NCBI GenBank assembly: GCA_038877255.1
Contig: JAVYWZ010000001.1
Span: 7,661 to 71,660, forward strand
From: Candidatus Micrarchaeaceae archaeon
GTDB lineage: Archaea; Micrarchaeota; Micrarchaeia; Micrarchaeales; CABMGC01
DNA length: 64,000 nucleotides
Reading direction: 5' to 3'
A model generated the notes under the pieces. It was given only the letters and a program-made list of their open reading frames with translations, was not told the origin of the DNA and ran no database searches. The position numbers and the translations under genes were made by a program. This document shows, piece after piece, positions 17,125-27,240 of this stretch; the first letter of the stretch is position 1; every line of letters starts with the position of its first letter.

Positions 17125-19945
17125 AGTTAGGTTTTAGTAGCGGTCTGCTTACCGGTCGCTTGCGCTCCCGGCTTACACAGCCACCCTATCTAGTCATGTA
17201 ATACGACCACCCTAAATGTCTCGTTTCGGATTGGACTTCGCCCTTAGATGCTTTCAGGGCTTATTCCTTAGCGCGCAGCTACGCGGCGATGCAAACACAA
17301 CCGCTAAACCGGAGGCGCCGGTACCCCATTCCTCTCGTACTAGGGGTGCCTTATCCTCTGACATTAACACCCTCAGTAGATACTACCGTCCTGCCTCGCG
17401 GCGGACTTAACTCAGCTCATGTAGGTCTTTGACAGGCGAGCAGCCTGGCCCTTGGTGGCTTGTGCACCACCGGGATGACCTAAGCCCATATCGGTGTATC
17501 AAACGGCTGGGTCGATGTGAACTCTCACCAGCCACGAACCGGTTACCTCTAGAGTAACTTTTCTGACAGGTTGGAGCCCCGCTAAAAGAGCTGCCAACGC
17601 TCGGTAAGCCCCTCTTTCGAGTCTGCACCCCCTGCTTTCCAGAGTACAGTCAACCCTGCATTTGCCTTTTAGCTTTACGGTGGGTTTCCAACCCACTTAA
17701 GCAGAGCATTGGTCACTTTCGTTTCCTTATCGAAAGCAACCGCCCAATCTAACTACCCATCTGCCGCTGTTCCTTTTCGGTAAGTCGTGCCGCAAGAATA
17801 GAGTGGTGTTACATTGCCGCTCCGCATGCCCCGAAGAGCATGCATCGACGCTCCCACTTACGCTATGCAGTTCTAACAACACAACAACAACAGACTGTAG
17901 TCAAGTTTCATAGAGACTTCGTTTCCCACTGAGGGTACGTGGCATGTACACCACGCAGTGAGTTCACCGGGCACCAGGTTGGGACATTGGGGGAGTCGTT
18001 ACGCCCTTCATGCAGGTCGCCTATCAAGCGACGAGGTATTACGCTACCTTAAGAGGGTCAGAGTTACCCCCGCTCTTTGCTAGCGTTTATCCCTTTTCAG
18101 GGGTTTGCGTACTAGCGGTGAGCAGGCGTCACCCACTGTACAAAGCATTACTACTTAACAGTGAGTTGTGTTTTAAAGAAACAGTCGCTTCCCCTTTGTT
18201 ATTGCAATCTGCGCTTACTGAGCGCAGACATGGCTTATAGTTACCATATGCCACTAACTTGCCGAGTTCCCTAACCTGATTTATTCCCGACACGCCTTGG
18301 CTTTCTCAGCCAGCAGCACCTGTACTGGTTCTAGGTACGTTCAGCTACGATCGTTGCAGATTCTCTTTTCACGGGCTCAGGAATTCAGCCGATGTTCATT
18401 TAGCTGCTTCTCCTCATAATGAGACTCCGCAGCCATTTGCACTTTGCAAGCGGCATATCCCCAAGCGTCAAGAATCTGCCTTGTGTTGCCACGCCTACGT
18501 AGCTGGCGCATGAATATTAACATGCTACCCTTTTGCAGAGTAGTTATTGGCTCTCTGCTTAGGAACGGCTAACTCCCCGTCAACGATTGTCGCGAGGAAA
18601 CCCGTGTGCTTCAGGCGTAAAGGATTCTTACCTTTATTTGATGTTACTAACACCAGGATTTTCTCTACTGCATTGTCCATACCTCCTCACGGAAGTACTT
18701 CTTGCAATGCAGCATGCCCTCCTACTCGTCCTTGCGGACGCAAGGGTATCGGTACCTAGTTTAGCCCCGTCCATCTTCAGAAGGCAACATCTCAATCGGT
18801 ACGCTGTTACGCGTTTTTTGAAGGATGGCTGCTTCTGAGCCTACCTCCCGACTGTCTACGATGCTGCTTTCCTCCAACACACTTAACTAGGATTTGGGGA
18901 CCTTAACCCCTGTTACTGTCATTCCAGTCTCGTGGCGCTAGCTTACCCAACGCCGCCGACTCCCCATCTAAGCAGCGCATGCATTCGGAGTTTGACTAAG
19001 AAGCGGAAACTTTCGCTTCCGGCAACCTAATCGGTGGCTCTACCGCATGCGCAAGCTAAATGGAGGCTATCCTAAAGATACTTCGAAGGGGACCCGTTAT
19101 TGCCATGTTCGAACGGTCTATCGCCCCTACCCGCGACTCACCCAACAGGACACGCCATGACAGGTTGCGGGCCTCCATCAAGTATCAGCTTGACTTCGCC
19201 CTGGTCGCGCGTAGTTCACAATGGCTTCGGGTCATAAAAGAGTGACTCGGGCGCTTTCGCACCCACCCTTAACGGGTTTCGCTTTCGCTGCGCTATACGC
19301 TCGCCACTCCTATAAACTCCCTGGCTCTTGCTTCGAGAAGAATGATGGAACGCTACTCTGCGCGCTGCGCTCGCATATTACTATGCTTTGCTTCTGCGCG
19401 CTTCAATGCTCACGCTCTCACCTTCTTGTAACCACCTAGTTTCAGATCTTTTCACTCCCACACGTGTGGGTTCTTTTCAGCTTTCCCTCGCGGTACTTGT
19501 TCCCTATCGGTCTCTAGTCAATATTTAGGGTTGGAGTTTAACGCCCCATCTTCACATAGCATACTCGAGCTATGCTACTCTTTATGCAGCTATTGCGCGC
19601 GTGCTTCGCTTACGAGGCTGTCACTCTCTTTGGCGACCTTTTCCAAGGCCTTCAGCTCGCACACACGTAACTACTGCGCAACATCTCCATGCACTTGCGC
19701 ACATGGATTCTGCACGCCCTACAGCGCTTTCACTCGCCGTTACTTGCGCTATCCCATTGGTTTCTTTTCCTGCGGGTACTAAGATGTTTCAATTCCCCGC
19801 GTCTGCATGCACCATTATACATAGTGCAATTCGGCAATCTCGGGTTCAAAGCCTGACCTGCGGCTACCCCGAGCTTTTCGCAGCTTGCCACGGCCTTAGC
19901 AGCTACTAGAGCCAAGCCATCCACTAAGTGGTTTAAAATGTTAAT
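17125..19945 (-). rRNA. rrl: 23S (LSU) ribosomal RNA; ends approximate
   Basis: Reverse complements of universal 23S motifs are present. The 5' region reads 'cacttagtggatggcttggc' (19915-19935). The sarcin-ricin loop 'agtacgagagga' appears as 'cctctcgtact' (~17331). The 3' region 'gctgaaagcatctaag'-like appears as 'cttagatgctttcag' (17244-17258). The interval is GC-richer, all ORFs in it are short, and it is flanked by a complementary processing stem. Confidence 0.9.
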
Positions 19946-19946
19946 G

Positions 19947-19960
19947 TCTTTGTTCGCTCC
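19947..19960 (-). other. 5' half of pre-23S processing stem
   Basis: 'tctttgttcgctcc' pairs with 17107-17120, as expected for archaeal rRNA excision helices. Confidence 0.6.
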
Positions 19961-20114
19961 CAATCAAATCAATTGCTTTCGCAATCTCATAAGCAAGAAA
20001 GGTCGGCTATGCTAAGCCCCTTATTTTCACAAAGCAAACAGAGCCTGCTCTCAAATAAGTTCCTTTACAAGCTCGGTGCGTGCATAAAAGCACCAAACAA
20101 TATTTTGCTAAGCA

Positions 20115-20126
20115 ATATTTAAATAG
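20115..20126. promoter_or_regulatory. palindromic TATA-like box in divergent 23S / glycosyltransferase spacer
   Basis: 'atatttaaatag' is the only strong TATA-like element in the 260-bp spacer. It could serve either strand. Confidence 0.3.
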
Positions 20127-20220
20127 GTTACTATGAAGCAGCAAGCAAACGCATGTGTTGTAAACCAAAAGAATTTAAGAACTCAATGCCATACAATAAG
20201 AGTCAGTGCAGAGAGATTCA

Positions 20221-21285
20221 ATGGGACACAGAATAAGGGTATCTTTAGTAGGAGAATTTAGGCTTTCAGCTGGCGGCGTAGGCAGGTACTCGATTGAATT
20301 GGGCAAGCAGCTGGAAAAAAGAGCAGACGTATGTTACATAGGCAGAAAAGAAACTCTGAATAAAGCCAAGTTGAAGCTTTTTGGTCTTAAGCTAAACAAT
20401 TGCGATCTGGTTCACGCAACGTTCCCAAGCGTCGCAAAAATAAATACATGCAGGCCACTCATCGTCACATACCATGACAGCATGTTCATCACAAGATACG
20501 CAAAGACAACAGTGCTGCAGCCAAAAAATTATATACACAAGATTTTAGAGAGAAGCTCAGCACGATACAATTTTGCAAATGCAGACGCAATAATAAGCGT
20601 GAGCTCTATAGCACAGAAAGAGATGCTTGCTCTTATGAAGAGCTTCAAAATAAACATGGAAGACAAGACCTACGAGGTCATTAACAATGGCCTTTCAGAC
20701 ATTTTCATAAAGGCAAAGCCCGGCGCGCGCAGAAAAGATTTTATCTACATAGGAACAGTGCATTTGCCGCATAAGAACTTTGGCATGCTTCTTGAAGTCT
20801 TCTCAAAAATCGCTGATTCAGATCCAAATGCAAAACTGCACATTTTCACCCCTACAAAAAGAGAGATTGCAGAAAAGATCATTGAAGATAAAATGATAGG
20901 AAATGAAGAAGCAAAGGCTAGGGTAATAATTCATCAAAACGAGCCTGACGAAAAGCTTGTTGAGCAACTCAGGCACAGCGTTGCTCTACTGCATTTAAGC
21001 AAGGAGGAAGGATTTGGAATAACAATACTTGAAGCAATGGCTGTTGGAACGCCGGTATTGACGTTAAAAGACGCACTTATTCCAGAAGAAGTCAGGAAGT
21101 TCGCTTTCAAGGGCAGCGTAGATGAGATCGAAAGCCAGGCTCTGCGGCTGCTCGCCAATCCGCAAAGCACAAGCAAGAACGCAATAAATTATGCGAAAAG
21201 CTTTACTTGGGGCAATGCTGCTGAAAAGGCACTGAATCTTTATAAAAAAATATTAAAGAAGCACAATGTAAAATGTAAAATGTAA
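20221..21285 (+). CDS. GT4-family glycosyltransferase
   Basis: 'SKEEGFGITILEAMAVGTPVL' (E-x7-E motif). Rossmann-like N-terminal 'RVSLVGEF...GGVGRY'. ATG at 20221. Confidence 0.85.
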   Translation: MGHRIRVSLVGEFRLSAGGVGRYSIELGKQLEKRADVCYIGRKETLNKAKLKLFGLKLNNCDLVHATFPSVAKINTCRPLIVTYHDSMFITRYAKTTVLQPKNYIHKILERSSARYNFANADAIISVSSIAQKEMLALMKSFKINMEDKTYEVINNGLSDIFIKAKPGARRKDFIYIGTVHLPHKNFGMLLEVFSKIADSDPNAKLHIFTPTKREIAEKIIEDKMIGNEEAKARVIIHQNEPDEKLVEQLRHSVALLHLSKEEGFGITILEAMAVGTPVLTLKDALIPEEVRKFAFKGSVDEIESQALRLLANPQSTSKNAINYAKSFTWGNAAEKALNLYKKILKKHNVKCKM

Positions 21286-21304
21286 ATAAGCAAGTAACAT
21301 TAGC

Positions 21305-21349
21305 GCCCAACTTAAGTTTGGGAGCTTCAAGGGCTTGATTGGTCGTCAT
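21305..21349 (-). repeat. copy 1 of a conserved 45-nt element (encodes MTTNQALEAPKLKLG on the minus strand)
   Basis: 39/45 nt identical to 43048-43092. 5 of the 6 differences fall on third codon positions of the minus-strand frame. Confidence 0.7.
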
Positions 21350-21589
21350 GATGCCACACGTAGGTAACTCTTGCGAGTATTCAATGTTCAAGTATATTCA
21401 TTGATGGTTTTACATCTTCAGTTGCTCTTGCAACCACTTATTTACCCATGTTTCTTGTACAAAATAATATAACCCATACTACCGATGATAAATAGAGACT
21501 TTTTTAGTTTACTTATTTCTTAAATGAACAAGAGTTAAGGTTAAAATATATTAATATAGATAGATATTGCAAGTATAGAGTAAGATTAA

Positions 21590-22285
21590 ATGCCGATTCC
21601 GTATGTTATAGGCTTAATACCAGACGGCAACAGACGCTGGGCCCGCAAGCATGCGCTTGACCTTGCAGAAGCATATGGCGTTGGCGTTAAAAAGTTTATA
21701 AGCTTTGCTGAATGGTGCAAAGATTACGGCATCAAGAACATAGTGGTATGGGCATTTTCCACGGAAAACTTCAAAAGAACCGTGTTTGAGAAACATATGC
21801 TGTTTTCGCTCTACCAGCGCGTTTTCTCCGACAGGGCGATAATAAATCGCTTGCACAAAAACAAGACACGGTTCAGGGCTATAGGCGAGCTATGGCGCCT
21901 GCCTAAAAGCCTTCAACAAACCTTGAACGGCGTTGAAAAAGAGACAAGCAATTACAAGGAAAGAATTATCAATATGCTTATAGCTTATGGAGGGAGAGAT
22001 GACATACTCCACGCAGCAAAATCAATAGCAGAAAGGTACGCGGCACGAAGGCCTAGCGGGCTCAACCAAAACTCGCTGAGAAGGTTCATGCTTTCTTCAA
22101 ACGTTCCTGACCTGGATCTTATAATAAGGACATCGGGCGAGGAGCGCCTTTCTGGATTCATGCCTTGGCAATCAGCATACTCAGAACTTTACTTCTCAAG
22201 GAAGTTGTGGCCCGAATTCACAAAACACGACCTTTCGAACGCAATCTCAGAGTATAACAGAAGGCAAAGAAGATTCGGCAAATAA
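21590..22285 (+). CDS. uppS: cis-prenyltransferase (undecaprenyl/dolichyl diphosphate synthase)
   Basis: 'GLIPDGNRRWA' and 'IRTSGEERLSGFMPWQSAYSELYF' signatures. Confidence 0.92.
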   Translation: MPIPYVIGLIPDGNRRWARKHALDLAEAYGVGVKKFISFAEWCKDYGIKNIVVWAFSTENFKRTVFEKHMLFSLYQRVFSDRAIINRLHKNKTRFRAIGELWRLPKSLQQTLNGVEKETSNYKERIINMLIAYGGRDDILHAAKSIAERYAARRPSGLNQNSLRRFMLSSNVPDLDLIIRTSGEERLSGFMPWQSAYSELYFSRKLWPEFTKHDLSNAISEYNRRQRRFGK

Positions 22286-22305
22286 TTGGTTTATTTGGTA
22301 AAGAA

Positions 22306-24171
22306 ATGCCAGGAACAGACACCGTAACGCACTATTCCAAGTATTTTAAGTTAAATGCACCCAACAGCGCAACAGAAGCATCATTGATGCTTGCAATAGG
22401 CCTCGTTGCCGGTGCACTGGCAATGTTTATAGCACATTACAGCGCAAGCATAGACTCTAGGCTGCTTGTTATAGGTGCGAGCATAGGCATAATGATAATA
22501 AGCATACCTGCGCTGCTTACTGTGCTTTTTATAAAAGCGATAAATTGGCACATGCACCTAAAGCATGCACTCTTCTCGACAAACATAATCGTGCTATTCT
22601 ATAGCGCGTTTTTCATAATAGCTGCTGTGTTGTTTAAAATAGCGAATACTAACGGAGTGGTGATAGCTTACGCTGTGCTGCTGCTTGCAAACGCAGGCAT
22701 ATACGGCTACTGGTTCGTAATGGGCAATGTAGTAATAGGGCTGAGAAAGAGAAATGCAGTATTGTCATCTGCTATACAGCCTGTGCTCAACGTGCTTTTC
22801 TTCATGCCGTTTTCCGTATACGTATTCGGAGTCAACTTTCCGCTTAATATAACGCTTGTAAAGCTTGTTGCAGGCATGTTTATCTTCTTAGTAGCAAGCT
22901 ACGCGTTTTTGTATGCAGTAGACAGGCCGCCTAAAAGGCTTCTTGGCGAGAGCGGGGTGAAAATGATGAGCTCCATGCTCAGCTACTGGCTTTACAATCT
23001 CTCTGGGGATACGCGGCTCATAGGGGAGAATGCTGCAGCGCACAGAATTGCAGATATAGACATAATAACAATAACAACAAGGCAGGGAAAAAATATAGGC
23101 AAAAGCGGTTACGCAGCGGTGCTTGTCAATCCAGATATACACTTTGGTCCGTTCGCAAACGCCGGAGGCAGCGTAGCTACCGCATACATAGGCAACAAGA
23201 TTGAAAAGGCGTATGGCGCAGCGCCATTTGTTTTGCACAGCACAGTTGACCTTCGCGACAATCCGGTAAGTGCCTCACAAGTCTTCAGAATGTCAAATGA
23301 GATAATTTCAAAAATAAACGAAAGAAAAGGCATGCGCCAAGCTGTCGGTTCTGTCTCTTTTGGCGCATACCGCATGTGCAAAGCGATAGACATAAAGCTT
23401 GACAATACAAGGCTTTTCATACTTACAAAGGCGCCTTATGTAACTGAAGACATTGCAAAGTCAGTAGGCAGCGAGCTCAAAACGTTTGCAAAGGAAAAGT
23501 CAAAGAGCGAAAACGTTGTGCTAATCGATGCCCACAACTCGCGCTTCGAATCTGCTCAAAAGGACGAGCTGAGAGGGGTGTACGAGGGCAGCGCCTATGC
23601 GGAATATTACAAGAAGGCAATTGCAGCTGCTATAGAAAAGGAGCAAAATTATAAAATGGGAATGGGCTTCGCGCATAGAAGGCTTAGCGAACTCATAGGC
23701 AAACGCAAGGATATTGGCGAAGGCTACACGAGCGTGTGTGTTATAGAATATGGCAAAAAGCGCTTCTGCGTTGTTTACTTTGATGCAAATAATGCGCTCC
23801 CAAGTTTCAGGAAAGAAGTAATAAAGCACATTCGCGAAAAATTCAAAATGAACGCCGAGATCTGCACTACTGATACGCATTCTATAAACATGCTCTCCGA
23901 AGACGCAGGCACCGCGCTTGGTAGATACACAAAGCCGAGCGACGTCATTCCTGCATTGGACCTGCTCATAGGTTATGCCATAGGCAGCGTTGGCAATGCT
24001 TACTTTGCATACAGCGACTTGCACTTAGAAAATTTCATGGTCTGGGGCCCTAATGCTTACAAACTAATAGAAGAAACCGGCACTGAAATAAGAAGAACGA
24101 TTAAGCGTGTAACACCTTTCATAATATTGACAGCATTCATAATTGCAGCTTGGATTATTTCATTTGTCTAG
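22306..24171 (+). CDS. large membrane protein with C-terminal soluble domain (DUF2070-like; name from memory, unverified)
   Basis: 621 aa. ~200 aa of N-terminal TM segments, a soluble region with D/H-rich motifs ('LIDAHNS', 'TTDTHSIN'), and a C-terminal TM. Confidence 0.5.
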   Translation: MPGTDTVTHYSKYFKLNAPNSATEASLMLAIGLVAGALAMFIAHYSASIDSRLLVIGASIGIMIISIPALLTVLFIKAINWHMHLKHALFSTNIIVLFYSAFFIIAAVLFKIANTNGVVIAYAVLLLANAGIYGYWFVMGNVVIGLRKRNAVLSSAIQPVLNVLFFMPFSVYVFGVNFPLNITLVKLVAGMFIFLVASYAFLYAVDRPPKRLLGESGVKMMSSMLSYWLYNLSGDTRLIGENAAAHRIADIDIITITTRQGKNIGKSGYAAVLVNPDIHFGPFANAGGSVATAYIGNKIEKAYGAAPFVLHSTVDLRDNPVSASQVFRMSNEIISKINERKGMRQAVGSVSFGAYRMCKAIDIKLDNTRLFILTKAPYVTEDIAKSVGSELKTFAKEKSKSENVVLIDAHNSRFESAQKDELRGVYEGSAYAEYYKKAIAAAIEKEQNYKMGMGFAHRRLSELIGKRKDIGEGYTSVCVIEYGKKRFCVVYFDANNALPSFRKEVIKHIREKFKMNAEICTTDTHSINMLSEDAGTALGRYTKPSDVIPALDLLIGYAIGSVGNAYFAYSDLHLENFMVWGPNAYKLIEETGTEIRRTIKRVTPFIILTAFIIAAWIISFV

Positions 24172-24215
24172 CATAAGGTCTTTGCTTGCAATACATATTC
24201 GCAATCGACTATCTA

Positions 24216-25100
24216 ATGGCATTGGCGCTTGTTTTTTATGCAGCGTTTGCAGGCAGAAGAAAGTTCCTTGTAATGCTCTTTATCAGCGTGCTGTTAGCAT
24301 TTGCAACTGCAAACATAGAGCACGCGAGCACACCTTTGCTTATTTCAGGTACGATCATAATGGCATTTTTCATAAAAACTACAGGAGGCAGGTTCAATTT
24401 CATTATGCTGCCGCCGGCGTTATTTTATTTCTTCTCTGTAATACCGTCAATTGCCCTTGAAGCGCAGGCGCTTCTTTTTGGCATGCTGTCTGGTGTCGCA
24501 TACGTGCCCATTCAAAAAGCGGCAAAGAAGGAAAAAAGAGTAGAGATCAGTAGAGATATTGCACAAATAATCATAGGCATAGCCGCAATAGCGCTTTTTG
24601 CTGCAATGGGCATTGCTGCAGACCAGACAATAGTGCTGCTCATTCTTCTGCTCACATGCGTAGGCAGCTATGCGATGTTAAGACCCCGCTCTGCCATGTC
24701 AAAGTATATAGCTGCACTTGAACGAGAGGGGGTTGCGCTTGGCGTAGGCGCATTTTGGCTAGCATTTGGCGCAGTGCTCGCAATTTCATTCATAACAAAT
24801 GAGGCATATTTAATAACAGTACTCATTGCGCTCTTCTTTGGTGACAGCCTTGCTACTATATTGGGCATTAATTTTGGCAGGCACACACTCTTTTATAATA
24901 AGAACAAAAGTGCAGAAGGCACTTTGGCATTTTTTGTCATAGTATCCATTCTTGCATATCCGTTAATAGGAATTGCCTCTCTGCTCTTTGCTGCTGTTGC
25001 AGCAATTACCGAAACTGCAAAAATTGGAATCGATGACAATATTTCAATCTCCCTTGTTCTAGTCTTATTGTACTATGTTTTGTACGTGTTGCATGTTTGA
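24216..25100 (+). CDS. CTP-dependent polyprenol (dolichol) kinase / CdsA-family membrane protein
   Basis: Polytopic. 'FFGDSLATILGINFGRH...NKSAEGTLAFF' matches the cytidylyltransferase-family/dolichol-kinase motif. ATG at 24216 (TTG at 24186 is also possible). Confidence 0.7.
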   Translation: MALALVFYAAFAGRRKFLVMLFISVLLAFATANIEHASTPLLISGTIIMAFFIKTTGGRFNFIMLPPALFYFFSVIPSIALEAQALLFGMLSGVAYVPIQKAAKKEKRVEISRDIAQIIIGIAAIALFAAMGIAADQTIVLLILLLTCVGSYAMLRPRSAMSKYIAALEREGVALGVGAFWLAFGAVLAISFITNEAYLITVLIALFFGDSLATILGINFGRHTLFYNKNKSAEGTLAFFVIVSILAYPLIGIASLLFAAVAAITETAKIGIDDNISISLVLVLLYYVLYVLHV

Positions 25101-25193
25101 GCTATTGGTTCAATGCTGAATCTGTTTTATAGTTTACAGCAATTCAACTAAATATTAATATTTTGTTTGCATATATATTAAGGGAGTGATCGC

Positions 25194-26264
25194 TTGATAA
25201 AAAATGTTGCTAATTTTGAAATAAAGTATATGCAGATTTTAAGCGAAGATGGCACTGTTGATAAATCACTTCTTCCTGGCGACCTGAACAATGAGAAAAT
25301 AATCAGCATGTACAAATACATGAATTTTGCGCGTGCGCTTGACACAAAAACACTTAGTTTGCAGAGGCAGGGGCGCGCAGTAACATATGCTCCGTTAGTG
25401 GGCGAGGAGGCAACGCAAGTTGGAAGCGCAATGGCTATGCGTGCGAATGATATTTTTGTACCCAACTTTAGGCAGCATGCGGTATATTTGATAAGAGGCT
25501 TGCCTCTTGAGCTCTATTTCATATACTGGAGGGGGTTTGAAGAAGGAGGCGCAATACCAAAAAACGTTAACGGCTTGCCAGTAATAGTGCCTGTCGCATC
25601 GCAAGTGCCTCATGCAGTAGGCTTTGCTTTTGCACAAAAATACAAAAGCACAGGTAATGCAGTAATTACCTATGTCGGAGACGGCGGCACATCTGAAGGA
25701 GATTTCTACGAGGCGATAAACTTTGCCGGCGTATTCAAGCTGCCTCTGGTTATAATAATAGAGAATAACCAATGGGCAATTTCAGTTCCAAGAAGAAAGC
25801 AAACTGCAGCGGAAACGCTTGCACAAAAAGGCATCGCAGCAGGCATAGATTCAGTTCAGGTAGATGGCAATGATGTGTTTGCAGTTTACAAAGCAACAAA
25901 AGATGCCATTGAAGCTTCTAAGGAAAAGCCGACAATAATAGAATGCATTACATACAGAATGAGTATGCACACTACAGCTGACGACCCGACAAAGTACAGG
26001 ACAGATGAGGAAGTAGAGGAGTGGCGCAAAAAAGACCCCATAGACAGGCTTAAAAAGTATATTTACGCAAATGGCCTTTGGAATGATGAAAAGGAAAATG
26101 CCATGAGGGAAGAGCAGGCAAACGCGATAGACGCTGCTGTTGAAAAGGCTGAACAATTCAAGCCCGATCCGAAGAGCATGTTTGAAAATGTTTATAGCTT
26201 CATGCCGGACGTTCTGAAAGAAGAATACGATGAAAGTGTAAAAGAAAACTTCTGGCAGGAGTAG
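25194..26264 (+). CDS. 2-oxoacid dehydrogenase E1 alpha subunit (TPP-dependent)
   Basis: 'YVGDGGTSEGDFYEAINFAGVFKLPLVIIIENNQWAIS' and 'YRMSMHTTADDP'. TTG start at 25194 follows 'agggag'. An in-frame ATG at 25230 is an alternative. Confidence 0.9.
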   Translation: MIKNVANFEIKYMQILSEDGTVDKSLLPGDLNNEKIISMYKYMNFARALDTKTLSLQRQGRAVTYAPLVGEEATQVGSAMAMRANDIFVPNFRQHAVYLIRGLPLELYFIYWRGFEEGGAIPKNVNGLPVIVPVASQVPHAVGFAFAQKYKSTGNAVITYVGDGGTSEGDFYEAINFAGVFKLPLVIIIENNQWAISVPRRKQTAAETLAQKGIAAGIDSVQVDGNDVFAVYKATKDAIEASKEKPTIIECITYRMSMHTTADDPTKYRTDEEVEEWRKKDPIDRLKKYIYANGLWNDEKENAMREEQANAIDAAVEKAEQFKPDPKSMFENVYSFMPDVLKEEYDESVKENFWQE

Positions 26265-27239
26265 GTGACAGAAATGCAGATGAATATGGTAAATGCAATC
26301 AACAATGCGCTCGCGCAGATAATGGAAGAGAACGAGAATGTTGTTTTGCTGGGCGAAGACATAGGTAAGGATGGCGGCGTATTCAGAGTAACGGAAGGCC
26401 TGCTTGACAAATTTGGAGAGAATAGGGTCATTGATACGCCTCTGGCAGAATCTGCAATAATCGGCACTTCTATAGGTATGGCCCTTGCAGGCCTGCACCC
26501 AATACCAGAAATACAGTTCGCTGGCTTCATGTACGAGAGCTTTGAGCAGTTTGTAAGTCATGCGGCACGATACAGAAGCAGGACTAGGTCAACATTTACA
26601 GTACCTATGACCGTAAGGGTTCCTGTCAGCGGCGGCGTAAAAACCCTTGAGCATCATTCTGAGAGTCCTGAAGCATTCTATTCGCACATAGGAGGGCTTA
26701 TCGTTGTAGAGCCATCAAATCCATATGACGCTAAAGGACTTCTGATAAAAGCAGCGCACATGAATGATCCTACGCTATTTTTAGAGCCGACCAAACTATA
26801 CAGGCTCTTCAAGCAAGACGTGCCTGAAGACCCATATGAGGTAGAAATAGGCAAAGCAAACAAATTAAGCGAAGGCAATGACTTGACAATAGTAACATAC
26901 GGAACCATGGTAAAGGTTGTAGAAGAGGCGGTTGCAAAAAAGAATGTAGATGCTGAAATAATAGACCTGAGAACAATAAACCCGCTTGACGAATCTACAA
27001 TAATAAGCAGCGTGAAAAAGACTGGCAAGTTGATAATAGTACATGAAGCAGAACTTAGTTTCGGCGTAGGTGCCGAAATTGCAGCAAGAGTTGCGGAAAA
27101 AGCGATATACGACCTTGATGCACCAATACTTAGGGTTGCATCAAACAGCTTCCCATACCCGTTCCCTGGCTACGAACAATATTACATACCTAATGAAGTC
27201 AAGGTTGGAAAAGCAATAGATGAAATAATGTCGCAGTGA
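26265..27239 (+). CDS. 2-oxoacid dehydrogenase E1 beta subunit
   Basis: 'LLGEDIGKDGGVFRVTEGL...VIDTPLAESAIIG' transketolase-like pyrimidine-binding and C-terminal domains. Abuts the E1 alpha stop. Confidence 0.9.
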   Translation: MTEMQMNMVNAINNALAQIMEENENVVLLGEDIGKDGGVFRVTEGLLDKFGENRVIDTPLAESAIIGTSIGMALAGLHPIPEIQFAGFMYESFEQFVSHAARYRSRTRSTFTVPMTVRVPVSGGVKTLEHHSESPEAFYSHIGGLIVVEPSNPYDAKGLLIKAAHMNDPTLFLEPTKLYRLFKQDVPEDPYEVEIGKANKLSEGNDLTIVTYGTMVKVVEEAVAKKNVDAEIIDLRTINPLDESTIISSVKKTGKLIIVHEAELSFGVGAEIAARVAEKAIYDLDAPILRVASNSFPYPFPGYEQYYIPNEVKVGKAIDEIMSQ

Positions 27240-27240
27240 T

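Noticed and set aside
17216-19963. About a dozen 60-100-codon ORFs on both strands in the track (e.g. 17216-17410, 18587-18838, 19601-19909)
   Set aside because: They lie entirely inside the 23S rRNA gene, which is identified by universal LSU motifs. They are GC-rich chance frames, not CDSs.
21203-21391. 62-codon minus-strand ORF overlapping the GT4 3' end as a real gene
   Set aside because: Only the 15 codons shared with the second copy look constrained. The rest runs antisense through the GT4 stop region and has no counterpart at 43009-43092.
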